A stretch of DNA of 64,000 bases, taken from Actinomycetales bacterium (GTDB lineage: Bacteria; Actinomycetota; Actinomycetes; Actinomycetales; CAVURS01). The position numbers and the translations under genes were made by a program. Below are positions 18,167-28,705 of this stretch, piece after piece. The stretch is taken from the NCBI GenBank assembly GCA_045807245.1, contig JBJMHS010000073.1, forward strand, positions 1 to 64,000, written 5' to 3'. Each line of letters opens with the position of its first letter. Position 1 is the first letter of the stretch. The notes under the pieces were generated by a model. It searched no databases. It was not told where the DNA came from and saw nothing but the letters and a program-made list of their open reading frames with translations.

Positions 18167-19114
18167 CAGGAACTGCTGGGCGAGCTTCGTGTGCGTGACC
18201 AGGCCGTGGATCAACCCGCTCGACATCGCGCAGGCGAGGGCCCCGGTCTTGTCCTCGCCGTAGACCGTCGCGATGACCTCAGGGATGGCGCGCAGCTGGT
18301 CGGCGGTCGGGCAGATCAGCCGGTCGGACGTCGCTGACGTGACCGGTCGGCCGTCCCGGTCCAGCAGGATCCCGGAGATCTCGGCGCGCACTCCGGCGCG
18401 GTGCAGCTCGCGCCGCTCCGCGGTCGACAAAGCGTCGAAAACCGTTGACTTGCCTGGCGCCCAGCCACCGATGGACACCAACGCCCGGGTCACCTTGGGC
18501 AGCATCGCCGTAGCGCGCGCGACGTCGGCCTGGCGGCGCAGGTCCCGGGCGGTGTCCGCGCTCGGCACGATCATCGGGACGAAGTAGCAGTACGCCGGTC
18601 CGCCGCCCTGGCGGGCGATGAGCCGGACGACGTCGACCGCCACGTCCCCGTAGTCGTCGCCTCCGGTGAGCGACCCGGTCAGCTGGACGATCGGGCAGGA
18701 CGGCAGCTCGCGCAGCCGGCCGGCGACCGCCGAGATGGCGCGGGACCAGGCGACTCCGAGGACGTCGTGCGCGTCGGTGATCTCCGACAGCAGGTCTGCG
18801 GCGGCCTGCCCCAAGGCCGCTCGCAGCTCGCTCGGGTCGGTCGCGGAGGTGTCCACCACGATCGCGTGCTGGAGGCCGAACCGCTCCCGCAGCCGGTCCG
18901 ACAGCTCGGTGTCGATCGGTCCCGAGTCCTCGATAGTGATGGTCACCAGCCCGCTCTCGCGGCTCTGGTTGAGCAGCCGGGCGACCCGGAACCGGCTGAT
19001 GCCGTAGCGGTCGGCGATCTGGCTCTTGGACCAGTTCTCCAGGTAGTAGCGCCGGGCGACCGAGGTGAGCAGCACTCGCTGAGCTGGTCGCAGCTCGCTG
19101 GCAGGCGTCGACAC
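18149..19114 (-). CDS. SorC/DeoR-like sugar-binding transcriptional regulator
   Basis: HTH VARRYY...IADRYGISRFRVARLL, plus GVAWSR and LVT motifs; divergent from the polyol ABC operon. Start is uncertain. Confidence 0.9.
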   Translation of the reverse strand: MSTPASELRPAQRVLLTSVARRYYLENWSKSQIADRYGISRFRVARLLNQSRESGLVTITIEDSGPIDTELSDRLRERFGLQHAIVVDTSATDPSELRAALGQAAADLLSEITDAHDVLGVAWSRAISAVAGRLRELPSCPIVQLTGSLTGGDDYGDVAVDVVRLIARQGGGPAYCYFVPMIVPSADTARDLRRQADVARATAMLPKVTRALVSIGGWAPGKSTVFDALSTAERRELHRAGVRAEISGILLDRDGRPVTSATSDRLICPTADQLRAIPEVIATVYGEDKTGALACAMSSGLIHGLVTHTKLAQQFLSEAGD

Positions 19115-19139
19115 GGCGTCTCCCGGTCTCGGTCCGATA

Positions 19140-19155
19140 ACGCTCAATTGAGCGT
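19140..19155. promoter_or_regulatory. Perfect 16-bp palindrome, probable operator of the SorC-type regulator
   Basis: ACGCTCAATTGAGCGT between the divergent regulator and ABC genes, with further GCTCA/TGAGC half-sites nearby. Confidence 0.6.
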
Positions 19156-19274
19156 CTACTGCTCATTATCGTACTCATCGTTGACACCCCTGTCAGGGAC
19201 AGCACAAGAATCACCTGAGCGGACGTGCGCCCATCGGAGCGCAGATCAGCCCCTCTTCGATCGAAGGAGATCAC

Positions 19275-20654
19275 GTGGCAACAACACGGACTGCGCGCAG
19301 CGGCGCGAGCCTCATCGCCTTCGTGGCGGTCGGCGCCGTCGCCCTGAGCGCTTGTGGCGCCGGCGGCGGTGGCGGCAGCAGCAGCAGTGGTGGGCACTCG
19401 ATCAACGTGCTCATGGTCAACAACCCACCGATGCTGGAGCTGCAGAAGCTGACCGCGGCGAACTTCACCAAGGACACCGGCATCAAGGTGAACTTTGTCG
19501 TGAAGGTCGAGCAGGACATGCGCGACACCGCGAGCACGGAGTTCGCGAACCAGTCGGGCCAGTACGACGTGGCCACCCTGTCGAACTTCGAGATTCCCTA
19601 CTACGCGAAGGCGGGCTGGATCTCGGACATGGAGGGGATCGCCCATGACGCGACGTTCGACCAGGCGGATGTCCTGCCGTCGATGACGGACGCGTTGTCG
19701 TACAACGGCAAGGTGTACGGCGAGCCCTTCTACGGCGAGTCCTCGTTCCTCATGTACCGCAAGGACGTCTTCGCCGCCAAGGGCATCACCATGCCGGACA
19801 ACCCGACCTGGCAGCAGGTCGCGGACGACGCCGCCAAGGTCGACGGCGCCAAGCCGGGGATGAAGGGAATCTGCCTTCGTGGGCTGGCCGGCTGGGGCGA
19901 CAACCTGGCTCCACTGACCACGGTGGTCAACACCATGGGCGGTACGTGGTTCGACGAGAACTGGAAGGCCCAGGTCAACACCGGTGGCTTCAAGGCCGCC
20001 GCGAACTTCTACGTCAACCTGATCAAGGCGCATGGTGAGGCCGGCGCCGCAACCTTCAGCTTCCCCCAGTGCCTGGCCGCTCTGCAGCAAGGCAAGGTCG
20101 CCATGTGGTACGACTCCACCGCGGCTGCCGGTCTGCTGGAGGCATCCGACTCCCCGGTGAAGGGCAAGATCGGGTACGTCGCAGCCCCGCACGACCAGAC
20201 GCAGAACTCGGGCTGGCTGTACACCTGGGCCTGGGCGATCGAGAAGGCCTCGAAGCACCAGGCCGACGCCGCCAAGTTCGTGAGCTGGGCCTCCAGCAAG
20301 GCGTACGAGCAGCTGGTGGCCAACGACACGGCCAACGCGGCCACCGGTGGTCCGACCAACGTCCCGGCCGGCAAGCGGGCCTCGACGTACTCCGACCCGA
20401 CGTACCTCAAGGTCGCGAGCTCCTTCGCCACGGCCACCTTGAACTCGATCAAGAACGCCCCGGCCGCCAACCCGGGAGTCCAGAAGCGGCCCTACAGCGG
20501 TATCCAGTTCGTCGGGATTCCTTCGTTCACCGACTTCGGCCTGACCTGCGCGAAGGACATGAGCAGTGCGATCGCCGGGTCCACGAGCACCGACGCAGCA
20601 CTGAACGCCTGCCAGTCCGCGGCCCAGGCCGCAGGCGACAAGCAGAAGGGCTAG
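19275..20654 (+). CDS. Polyol/sugar ABC transporter substrate-binding lipoprotein (SmoE-like)
   Basis: Lipobox LSAC and motifs MVNNP, PFYGESSFLMYRKD, GICLRG..GWG, WLYTWA and GIQFVGIP. Confidence 0.92.
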   Translation: MATTRTARSGASLIAFVAVGAVALSACGAGGGGGSSSSGGHSINVLMVNNPPMLELQKLTAANFTKDTGIKVNFVVKVEQDMRDTASTEFANQSGQYDVATLSNFEIPYYAKAGWISDMEGIAHDATFDQADVLPSMTDALSYNGKVYGEPFYGESSFLMYRKDVFAAKGITMPDNPTWQQVADDAAKVDGAKPGMKGICLRGLAGWGDNLAPLTTVVNTMGGTWFDENWKAQVNTGGFKAAANFYVNLIKAHGEAGAATFSFPQCLAALQQGKVAMWYDSTAAAGLLEASDSPVKGKIGYVAAPHDQTQNSGWLYTWAWAIEKASKHQADAAKFVSWASSKAYEQLVANDTANAATGGPTNVPAGKRASTYSDPTYLKVASSFATATLNSIKNAPAANPGVQKRPYSGIQFVGIPSFTDFGLTCAKDMSSAIAGSTSTDAALNACQSAAQAAGDKQKG

Positions 20655-20665
20655 CTGGTGAAGGC

Positions 20666-21625
20666 ATGAGCACGGTCCCAGCCGAGGAGATAGTGCTGAC
20701 GAACAAGCTCGTCGACCGACGGGCGAAGGCAGCGAAGATCGACAAGTGGGGGCGCAGGTCCTGGGTCCGCCGGGCGCCCCTGCTGCCGGCGCTGGTCTTC
20801 ATGGTCGTCGTCACTCAGCTGCCCTTCGTGGCGACCCTGGTGATGTCGTTCTTGAACTGGAGCGCGCAGCCGGATGCCCCGGGCAAGTCGTTCGCCGGCC
20901 TGGCGAACTTCAAAGAGGTGTTCACCACCAAGGAGTACCGGAGCGCGGTCTTCACCTCGATCGAGATGACCGTGGCCGTCGTCGTGGTCTCGGTCTTGAT
21001 CGGCTTGGGCGTCGCCCTCCTGCTCGACCGCAAGTTCTTCGGCCGCGGCATCGTGCGGACCATGATGATCGCGCCCTTCCTCATCGTCCCGATCGCGGCA
21101 GCGGTGTTCTGGGGCAACGGCATGCTCCAGGCCGGCTTCGGCCTCGTGGACGGCGTCCTCGGCGAGCTCGGTGTCAAGAACGCGCAGAACATCTCGTTCC
21201 TGACCACGCACCCCAAGCTCTCCATCGAGATCGAGCTCATCTGGCAGTGGACGCCGTTCATGATGCTGATCCTGCTGGCTGGGCTGCAGTCCCGTGACTC
21301 CGAGATCATGGAGGCGGCCCTGGTCGACGGCGCCAACCCGTGGCAGATGTTCCGGGCCATCACGTTGCCGCACATGCGTCGATACATCGAGCTGGCCGCC
21401 ACGCTGGGCACCATCTTCATCGTCCAGAACTTCGACTCCGTCATCGGCATGACGGGAGGCCAGAACTCCACGAACATCCCGTACGAGGTCTACGAGGTCT
21501 TCTACGCCGCGAAGGACTACGGCGTGGCCTCGGCTCTGGGGGTGGTCGTGGTCATCGGGTCCATCATCGTCGCGACGTTCGGCTTGAGAGTCGTGTCGTC
21601 CTTGCTCGCGGAGGAGACCGCCTGA
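20666..21625 (+). CDS. Sugar ABC transporter permease
   Basis: WQWTPFMMLILLAGLQS and EAA loop EAALVDGA. Confidence 0.93.
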   Translation: MSTVPAEEIVLTNKLVDRRAKAAKIDKWGRRSWVRRAPLLPALVFMVVVTQLPFVATLVMSFLNWSAQPDAPGKSFAGLANFKEVFTTKEYRSAVFTSIEMTVAVVVVSVLIGLGVALLLDRKFFGRGIVRTMMIAPFLIVPIAAAVFWGNGMLQAGFGLVDGVLGELGVKNAQNISFLTTHPKLSIEIELIWQWTPFMMLILLAGLQSRDSEIMEAALVDGANPWQMFRAITLPHMRRYIELAATLGTIFIVQNFDSVIGMTGGQNSTNIPYEVYEVFYAAKDYGVASALGVVVVIGSIIVATFGLRVVSSLLAEETA

Positions 21626-22506
21626 TGACTGCCACCTTGCCGCAGCAGATCACTCGCACGGACGTACCCACGCCGGTCAAGCGAACCCGCAGGTACAGCA
21701 CCATGGTCGCCGGGCTCAGCGCCTGGGTCATCGGGATCATCTTCGTCGTCCCGATCCTCTACATGCTGCTGACGTCCTTGCACGAACCGGCCAAGGCCCA
21801 GACCTACCCACCCAGCTGGGGCGCGTCCCTGACCCTGTCCAACTACAAGGGTCTGTTCAGCGACACAGTCAACATCCGCCCTGCGCTCCTGAACTCGCTG
21901 CAGGCCAGTGTCATCTCGACGATCCTGGTGCTGCTGCTGGCCATTCCGGCGGCGTACGCGCTCTCCATCCGGCCGGTGCGCAAGTGGACCGACGCGATGT
22001 TCTTCTTCCTCTCGACCAAGATGCTGCCGCCTGTCGCGGGCATCCTGCCGATCTACCTGTTCACCATCAAGGTGATCCACCTGCCGGACAGCATCTTCGT
22101 CCTGATCGTCCTGTACACGTCGATGAACCTGCCGATCGCGGTCTGGATGATGCGGTCGTTCCTCGCCGAGGTGCCACTGGCCATCATCGAGGCCGCGCAG
22201 ATCGACGGAGCCAAGACGATCCAGATCATGGCCAGGATCGTCGCCCCGATCGCCATGCCGGGCATCGCGGCCACGTCGCTGATCTGCTTCATCTTCTCCT
22301 GGAACGAGCAGCTCTTCGCGAAGGTCCTGACCAGCGTCAAGGCGCAGACCGCACCGGTGTTCGTCAACACGCTGATCCAGACCGAACACTCCTACCTGGC
22401 TCAGCTCTGTGCCGGCACCGTGGCCGTGTCCATCCCGGTGCTCATCGCCGGGTTCGCCGCGCAGGACAAGCTGGTGCAAGGGCTCTCGCTGGGTGCCGTC
22501 AAGTGA
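21625..22506 (+). CDS. Sugar ABC transporter permease
   Basis: Motifs LSTKMLPPV, EAAQIDGA, FSWNE and QDKLVQGLSLGAVK; TGATG translational coupling. Confidence 0.93.
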   Translation: MTATLPQQITRTDVPTPVKRTRRYSTMVAGLSAWVIGIIFVVPILYMLLTSLHEPAKAQTYPPSWGASLTLSNYKGLFSDTVNIRPALLNSLQASVISTILVLLLAIPAAYALSIRPVRKWTDAMFFFLSTKMLPPVAGILPIYLFTIKVIHLPDSIFVLIVLYTSMNLPIAVWMMRSFLAEVPLAIIEAAQIDGAKTIQIMARIVAPIAMPGIAATSLICFIFSWNEQLFAKVLTSVKAQTAPVFVNTLIQTEHSYLAQLCAGTVAVSIPVLIAGFAAQDKLVQGLSLGAVK

Positions 22507-23492
22507 AGGCTGCGGTCATCGCCTCCAAAGGCGTCGTCGAGTACGGCGACGTGCCGGAGCCCGAACCCGGACCGCGCGACGTACTCGTCAAGGTGGCGGC
22601 GACCGGCATCTGCGGCACCGACCTTCACATCCTCGACGGCGAGTTCGCCGCGACCCTGCCGGTGATCCCCGGGCACGAGTTCGCCGGCGAGGTGGTCGGG
22701 CTGGGCGCCGAGGTCACCGAGCTGTCGGTCGGCACCAAGGTGGCAGTCGATCCGTCGCTGTACTGCTTCGAGTGCTACTACTGCAAGCTCGGCAAGAACA
22801 ACCTGTGCGAGAACTGGAACGCCATCGGCGTCACGCGATCCGGTGCCGCGGCCGAGCTGGTCGTCGCGCCGTACGGGAACTGCGTCGTCCTGCCGTCCGA
22901 CGTACGGCTGGAGGACTACGCGCTGGTCGAGCCGCTGTCCTGCGCGGTGCGCGGATACGACGTGCTGCGCAGCCAGCTCGGCTCGCACGTGCTCGTCTAC
23001 GGCGCCGGGACGATGGGCCTGATGATGCTGCAGCTGGCCAAGGCCGTCGGCGCGGTGTCGGTGGACATGGTCGACGTCAACGCCGACCGGCTCCGCGTCG
23101 CGACCCAGCTGGGCTGCACGGCGGCGGTCCAGTCCGCTGACGAGCTCGAGCGGCCGCGGTTGTGGGACCTGGTGGTCGACGCGACCGGCAACGAGGCGGC
23201 GATCCAGGATGCGCTCGGCCGGGTCGGCAAGGGCGGGACGTTCCTGCAGTTCGGTGTCTCGTCGTACGCCGCTCGCGCCACCATCGAGCCGTACAAGATC
23301 TACAACCAGGAGATCACCATCACGGGCTCGATGGCGGTCCTGCACAGCTACGAGCGCGCGGCCGAGCTGTTCGCGACCGGGATCATCGACCCGGACGTCT
23401 TCATCAGCCACCGGCTGCCGCTCTCGGAGTTCGAGAAGGGCCTCGACATGATGGCCCGCGGTGAGGGCCGCAAGATCCAGGTCCAGCCCTGA
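22503..23492 (+). CDS. Zinc-dependent alcohol/polyol dehydrogenase
   Basis: Motifs GICGTDLH, GHEFAG, C..CYYC...NLC, VEPLSCA and GAGTMG. Confidence 0.92.
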   Translation: MKAAVIASKGVVEYGDVPEPEPGPRDVLVKVAATGICGTDLHILDGEFAATLPVIPGHEFAGEVVGLGAEVTELSVGTKVAVDPSLYCFECYYCKLGKNNLCENWNAIGVTRSGAAAELVVAPYGNCVVLPSDVRLEDYALVEPLSCAVRGYDVLRSQLGSHVLVYGAGTMGLMMLQLAKAVGAVSVDMVDVNADRLRVATQLGCTAAVQSADELERPRLWDLVVDATGNEAAIQDALGRVGKGGTFLQFGVSSYAARATIEPYKIYNQEITITGSMAVLHSYERAAELFATGIIDPDVFISHRLPLSEFEKGLDMMARGEGRKIQVQP

Positions 23493-23541
23493 CCGGAAGG
23501 TGAGCTAGGCCGCCTCGCGGCTCGGTGCCATCCTGAGCGCC

Positions 23542-24828
23542 ATGCTGCTGCGCAACGCTCGCCTGCTGTCCGACCTGTCTGCCGTCCAGGACCTCCGCCT
23601 CGACGAGGGCGGCATCCGCGAGATCGGCCCGGGCTTGACGGCCGGGCCCGAGGTCGACGGCGACGAGGTGGTGGACCTCGAGGGGCGGCTGGTCACCCCT
23701 CCACTCGTCGAACCGCACATCCACCTGGACGCCGTCCTGACTGTGGGGCAGCCGCGCGACAACGTGTCCGGCTCGCTGTTCGAGGGCATCGCGGTCTGGG
23801 GCGAGCGGGTGGCGAGCCTGACCGTCGAGGACGTGACCCAGCGGGCGCGCGAGGTGCTGCGGTGGCAGCTGGCGTGCGGCGTGCAGTACGTGCGCAGCCA
23901 CGTCGACGTGTGCGACCCGGAGCTCAAGGCCCTGCGGGCGATGTCTGCCCTCAGGGACGAGCTCGCCGGCTCCGTGGACCTGCAGCTGGTGGCCTTCCCT
24001 CAGCAGAGCATCTACGGGTACGACGGCGGGCCCGGCCTGATGCGGCAGGCCATGGAAGTCGGCGCCGACGTGGTGGGTGGCATCCCGCACTTCGAGCTGA
24101 CCCGCGAGGACGGCGTCGCGTCGGTGCTGCTGGCGTTCGACCTGGCCGAGGAGTTCGGCCGGCCGATCGACATCCACTGCGACGAGACGGACGACGACCA
24201 CGCCCGGTTCGTCGAGGTCATGGCCGCCGAGACCATCAAGCGGGGCATGTCCGGACGCGTGACCGCGAGCCACACCACCGCGATGGGCTCGTACAACAAC
24301 GCGTACGCCGGCCGGCTCATCACCAACATCGCGCGCGCGGGCCTGCACATGGTCACGAACCCGCTCGACAACGCTGTCCTGCAGGGGCGCTTCGACACCG
24401 GTCCGATCCGCCGTGGCTCGACCCGGGTGAAGCAGCTGCTCGCGGCCGGCGTCAACGTCTCGATCGGCCACGACTCAGTGATGGACCCCTGGTACCCGCT
24501 CGGGTACGGCGACCCGGTGCAGGCGGCGTTCATGCTGGCGCACACCGGGCACATGAGCGGCGCCCCGGAGCTGGTCCGGCTGCTGGAGATGGTGACGGCC
24601 AACCCGGCGGCCGCGCTCGGCGTCGCGGGCTACGGCCTGCGCGTGGGCGGCCCGGCCGACCTCGTCGTGTTCGACGCGCCCTCGCCGGCGGACGCCCTGC
24701 GGCTGGTCGCACCGCGGCTCCTGGTCATCCGTGGTGGCAAGGTGCTCGCCCGCACGACGCCATCCCGCACCGTGGTGGTGCGGGACGGCGTCGAGGAGCC
24801 GGTGACGTTCCTGCGGCCGGAGTTCTAG
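23542..24828 (+). CDS. codA: Cytosine deaminase
   Basis: Motifs VEPHIHLD, NVSGSLFEGI..W, VAFPQ, GGIPHFE, HCDETDD, SHTTAM and GHDSVMDPWYPLG. Confidence 0.94.
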   Translation: MLLRNARLLSDLSAVQDLRLDEGGIREIGPGLTAGPEVDGDEVVDLEGRLVTPPLVEPHIHLDAVLTVGQPRDNVSGSLFEGIAVWGERVASLTVEDVTQRAREVLRWQLACGVQYVRSHVDVCDPELKALRAMSALRDELAGSVDLQLVAFPQQSIYGYDGGPGLMRQAMEVGADVVGGIPHFELTREDGVASVLLAFDLAEEFGRPIDIHCDETDDDHARFVEVMAAETIKRGMSGRVTASHTTAMGSYNNAYAGRLITNIARAGLHMVTNPLDNAVLQGRFDTGPIRRGSTRVKQLLAAGVNVSIGHDSVMDPWYPLGYGDPVQAAFMLAHTGHMSGAPELVRLLEMVTANPAAALGVAGYGLRVGGPADLVVFDAPSPADALRLVAPRLLVIRGGKVLARTTPSRTVVVRDGVEEPVTFLRPEF

Positions 24829-26285
24829 CCGGTCTGGCCGCTGCTCTGACCGGTCACTGCCGGGGTGTCCGGGATGACGAGCACCTCGTCCTTCGGACCG
24901 GGCTGCAGTGCGAACGTCAGGTAGTAGATGACTGCCGCCAGGACGAACCCGACCTCGAAGGTCAGGTCGCCGGCCGAGGACCAGTGCTTGGGTACGACGC
25001 CGACGTACTTCTGCTGGTTCGAGAACAGCCAGATCGAGATGGCCATCGCGGCCGCCATCGCGACGAACCCGCCCCACGGGTTGTGCTTGCGGTCGAACAT
25101 GAAGCCGTCGACCCGGTGGCCGCGCCGCAGCCACTGGTCGACGAGGAACACGCCCAGCCACGGCCCGATCCAGTAGGCGATGACCAGCAGGAAGTTCTCG
25201 TACCTCGAGACGTCCGACAGCCCGTTCCACGCCACCAGGAAGCCGAGTACGCCGGCGACCGCGGCCACGATGGCGCGCCGAAGCTGCAGCGGCAGCTCGA
25301 TCCCGAGGGCGAGGAAGGACATCGTGCCGGAGTACACGTTGATCGCGTTGGCCGAGATGGCGCCGACCACGATGGCCAGCAGCACGATGTCCGCGACCGC
25401 TGTCGGCATGTGGCCGGTGAACGCCGTCGTGGGGTTGGTGTCCTTGCTGGCGATCGTGACGGAGAGGGCTCCGACGACCTCGAGGGCCACGCAGGAGACG
25501 AACACACCCAGGCCGGCCCACAGGGCGACGGCCCGCTTGCTGACGGTCGGCGAGAGGTAGCGCGTGTAGTCGCTCGCGTAGGGGTTCCAGCCCGCGGCGT
25601 ACCCGAAAGCCGCACCCATCGCGATCAGCCAGCCACCCAGCCCGCCGCCGCCGGTGGCCGCGGACGGGTGGGTCTTGGGGATGATCCACAGCGCGGCCAG
25701 GACGAACGCGATGACGAGGAACGGGAACGCGTACCGCTCGAACGCGTGCAGGAAGTTGTGGCCCAGGAAGGCGATCCCGATCTGCGCCACCACGACGATG
25801 AGCAGCGAGGGCAGCTTGGGGATGTGGGTCAGGGTGTTGAGCGCGAACGTCCCGCTCACGCTGTTGACTGCGAACCAGCCGATGCCCGCGATGACTGCGT
25901 TGAGCCCGGCCGGCAGGATGTTGCCGTAGAAGCCGAAGGAGATCCGGGACAGGATCATCTGCGGTACGCCGGCACCAGGGCCGCGCGCGGACAGGATGCC
26001 GTGGCTGACGCTACCGAGACCCGTGCCCACCACGATCGCGAGGATCGCCATCGGCAGGGTCTGGCCGAAGAAGGCGACCGCGATCACGCCGACGTAGACG
26101 GTCGCGAACTCCATGTTCGGCGAGACCCAGGTGAAGAACAGCTTGCTCGGATGGCCGTGGCGCTCGGCCAGGGGGATGAACTCGGCCCCTCCGGGCTCGA
26201 TGGCGACGACTGCGTCGCCGTACGTGCCTTCTCGGACATCCCCAGTGACCGTGAGGGTGTCATGACCGCTATTGATGGATGCCAT
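24825..26285 (-). CDS. Purine-cytosine permease (NCS1 family)
   Basis: Motifs IEPGGAEFIP..ERHG, W..YASDYTRY and NAINVYS; multi-TM; convergent with codA. Confidence 0.9.
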   Translation of the reverse strand: MASINSGHDTLTVTGDVREGTYGDAVVAIEPGGAEFIPLAERHGHPSKLFFTWVSPNMEFATVYVGVIAVAFFGQTLPMAILAIVVGTGLGSVSHGILSARGPGAGVPQMILSRISFGFYGNILPAGLNAVIAGIGWFAVNSVSGTFALNTLTHIPKLPSLLIVVVAQIGIAFLGHNFLHAFERYAFPFLVIAFVLAALWIIPKTHPSAATGGGGLGGWLIAMGAAFGYAAGWNPYASDYTRYLSPTVSKRAVALWAGLGVFVSCVALEVVGALSVTIASKDTNPTTAFTGHMPTAVADIVLLAIVVGAISANAINVYSGTMSFLALGIELPLQLRRAIVAAVAGVLGFLVAWNGLSDVSRYENFLLVIAYWIGPWLGVFLVDQWLRRGHRVDGFMFDRKHNPWGGFVAMAAAMAISIWLFSNQQKYVGVVPKHWSSAGDLTFEVGFVLAAVIYYLTFALQPGPKDEVLVIPDTPAVTGQSSGQTG

Positions 26286-26433
26286 GGAGGCGCTCCCTCG
26301 AGACGTCTTGCACAGGCGGACGACACTTGCCGGTCTGGACGTTAGACCCCGGCCGTCCGCTTGTCCGTAACTCAGCCGTAAATCTTTTCGCGTCGGACGG
26401 TTTCGCGACCTGACCGGGACCTCACCGCGAACG

Positions 26434-27171
26434 TCACACCAGCAACAGCAGCGCCGACACAGCCACCAGAGCGAGGACATATCGCTCGAACTGGACCTGG
26501 GTGATCCGGCGGATCGTGATCACTCCGACCCAGGCGCCGGCTGCCATCGCGGGCAGCAGGGCCAGGTCGAGCAGGAGCGAGCCGGGGTGGACCAGGCCCA
26601 GCCCGATGCTGACCGGCAGCTTGACCAGGTTGATGACGAAGTACAGCCAGGCGGCGGCCCCGACCAGCTCGATGACCGCGTAGCCGGACACGAGCAGGTA
26701 CAGGGTCGTGATCGGCCCGGCCGCGTTGGCGACCATCGTGGTGAAGCCGGTCGCGACGCCGGCCGCCGGCCCGAGGACGTGGTGCGGCACCGGTCGCCCG
26801 GTCTTGGGGCGGCGCCTGTCCCAGATCTGCAGGACCAGCAAGGTGAGCACGACGACCGCGATCGCGATCCGCATCGCATGGTTGTCCACCCGGGCGACGA
26901 AGGCTGCGCCCCCGGCGATGCCGCCGAGGATCCAGGGTAGGAGCCGCCGGATGAGGGTCCAGTCGGCGTGCCGCCGGTAGGCCCAGATGGCCGTGATGTC
27001 GGCGGCGATGAGCAGGGGCAGCAAGGTGCCCGTCGAGGCCTTCGCCGGCAGGGTGGCCGCGAACATGACTACGGCGATCGAGCCCACGCCGTTGATGCCC
27101 GTCTTGGAGTAGCCGACCAGAACGGAAGCGAGGACCAGAACGAACCATTGCCAGAGCGCCAGGTCGGGCAT
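26434..27171 (-). CDS. TauE/SafE-family (sulfite exporter) membrane protein
   Basis: Motifs VGYSKTG..G, STG.LLPLL..AD, GFTTMVANAAGP and INLVKLP. Confidence 0.88.
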   Translation of the reverse strand: MPDLALWQWFVLVLASVLVGYSKTGINGVGSIAVVMFAATLPAKASTGTLLPLLIAADITAIWAYRRHADWTLIRRLLPWILGGIAGGAAFVARVDNHAMRIAIAVVVLTLLVLQIWDRRRPKTGRPVPHHVLGPAAGVATGFTTMVANAAGPITTLYLLVSGYAVIELVGAAAWLYFVINLVKLPVSIGLGLVHPGSLLLDLALLPAMAAGAWVGVITIRRITQVQFERYVLALVAVSALLLLV

Positions 27172-27314
27172 CGGCCGGGCACCTCGCTCGGTTCGGCATC
27201 CTCCATAGGTCAGCCAGTTACCCTAAGGGCCCACGCGCCGACTGAGTGCGACCAGGCAGTGCTGGCAAGCAGTGCGACCAGACGGCAACGACACAGGCGA
27301 GGAACGACGCAACG

Positions 27315-27932
27315 ATGACCAACGCCCGCAAGTCCCGCCAGAGCACTCGCGAGAAGCTCGAGCGCATGCGCGCGGAGCAGGCCGCCGCGGCTCGTCGCCG
27401 GGTCATCGTGATCGTGGCCGTCACGGTCGTCGTGGTCCTGGGTCTGGGCGTTGGCATCACGGCCCTCGTGCTGCACGACGGCAAGGCGAGCGCCGACCTG
27501 TCGGCCGTGCAGAGCTTCACCGAGACGCGCAACCACGTGCAGGGCACGGTGACCTACCCGCAGACGCCGCCGGCCGGTGGCGACCACAACCCGGTGTGGC
27601 TCAACTGTGGGATCTACACCTCGCCGGTGGCGAACGAGAACGCCGTGCACGACCTCGAACACGGGGCGGTCTGGATCACCTACCAGCCCGGCCTGGCGAA
27701 GGGCGCTATCGACAAGCTGACCAAGTACGCGCGCGGCCAGGACTATCTCGACCTCTCGCCGTACCCCAACCTGCCCGCGCCCGTCGTCGTCTCCGCCTGG
27801 GGGAAGCAGCTGCGGCTCACCGGCGCTGACGACCCGCGGCTCGAGGCGTTCGTCAAGAAGTACAAGGGTGGCCCACAGACCCCGGAGCCCGGCTCGCCGT
27901 GCACCGGGGGTGTGGGCACGCCGAACGGCTGA
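27315..27932 (+). CDS. DUF3105 domain protein
   Basis: TM anchor, then HV...TYPQTPPAGGDH, NCGIY, AVHDLEHGAVWITY, SAWGKQL and PEPGSPC. Confidence 0.9.
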   Translation: MTNARKSRQSTREKLERMRAEQAAAARRRVIVIVAVTVVVVLGLGVGITALVLHDGKASADLSAVQSFTETRNHVQGTVTYPQTPPAGGDHNPVWLNCGIYTSPVANENAVHDLEHGAVWITYQPGLAKGAIDKLTKYARGQDYLDLSPYPNLPAPVVVSAWGKQLRLTGADDPRLEAFVKKYKGGPQTPEPGSPCTGGVGTPNG

Positions 27933-27943
27933 CGGTCCCGGCG

Positions 27944-28699
27944 ATGGCCGAGCACGAGCTCGCCGCCCACACCGAGGCGACCGAGGCGACCGACGCGACC
28001 GGCGGCGACGCGGCGTACGCCGGGGGTGGTCTGCTCGGCTCGCGGGCGCTACAGATCGGTGCGCTGGTCCTCGCCGGGGTCTTGGCGCTCGTGATCGCCG
28101 CGATCGTGGGGCGTACGACGGCGGGCAGCAGCTCTCCCGGCGACAGCTCCGCGGCGGCCGGGTTCGCACGGGACATGACCGACCACCACGCGCAGGCCGT
28201 CAACATGGCGACGATCATCGGGCAGCGGACTCAGGAGTCGGACCTGCGGGCGCTGGCTACGGACATCGCGCTGACCCAGACCAACCAGATGGGCCAGATG
28301 CAGGGCTGGCTCAACCAGTGGGGCCTGACGCTGGGAAGGACCGGACCGCCGATGGCCTGGATGACCAGGTCCGGCATGGACATGCACTATGCGAGCGGCC
28401 GGTCGGCGCCGGCGGTCGACCCGGCACTGATGCGGCCGCTGGCCGACGGGCGCATGCCCGGCATGGCGACGGCGGCTCAGGTCAACGAGCTGCGAACGTT
28501 GCCGGAGGACAAGGCTGAGGTGCTGTTCCTCCAGCTGATGATCGCGCACCACCGGGCCGGCATCGCCATGGCTCAGATGGCGGAGACGCTGACCCGGGAG
28601 CCGGTGGTGGACCGTCTGGCCGCGGCGATGATCGCCGGCCAGGAGGCCGAGATCGCACAGATGACCGAGATGCTCTCCGCGCGCGGGGCGACACCGTAG
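27944..28699 (+). CDS. DUF305 domain protein (CopM-like)
   Basis: Motifs FARDM..HHAQAV, MPGMAT, FLQLMIAHH..GI.MA and Q..EI..M. Confidence 0.9.
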   Translation: MAEHELAAHTEATEATDATGGDAAYAGGGLLGSRALQIGALVLAGVLALVIAAIVGRTTAGSSSPGDSSAAAGFARDMTDHHAQAVNMATIIGQRTQESDLRALATDIALTQTNQMGQMQGWLNQWGLTLGRTGPPMAWMTRSGMDMHYASGRSAPAVDPALMRPLADGRMPGMATAAQVNELRTLPEDKAEVLFLQLMIAHHRAGIAMAQMAETLTREPVVDRLAAAMIAGQEAEIAQMTEMLSARGATP

Positions 28700-28705
28700 G
28701 CCGGG

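Noticed and set aside
19275..23492. Sugar ABC operon lacking an ATPase gene
   Set aside because: Normal in actinobacteria, which use a shared MsiK-type ATPase.
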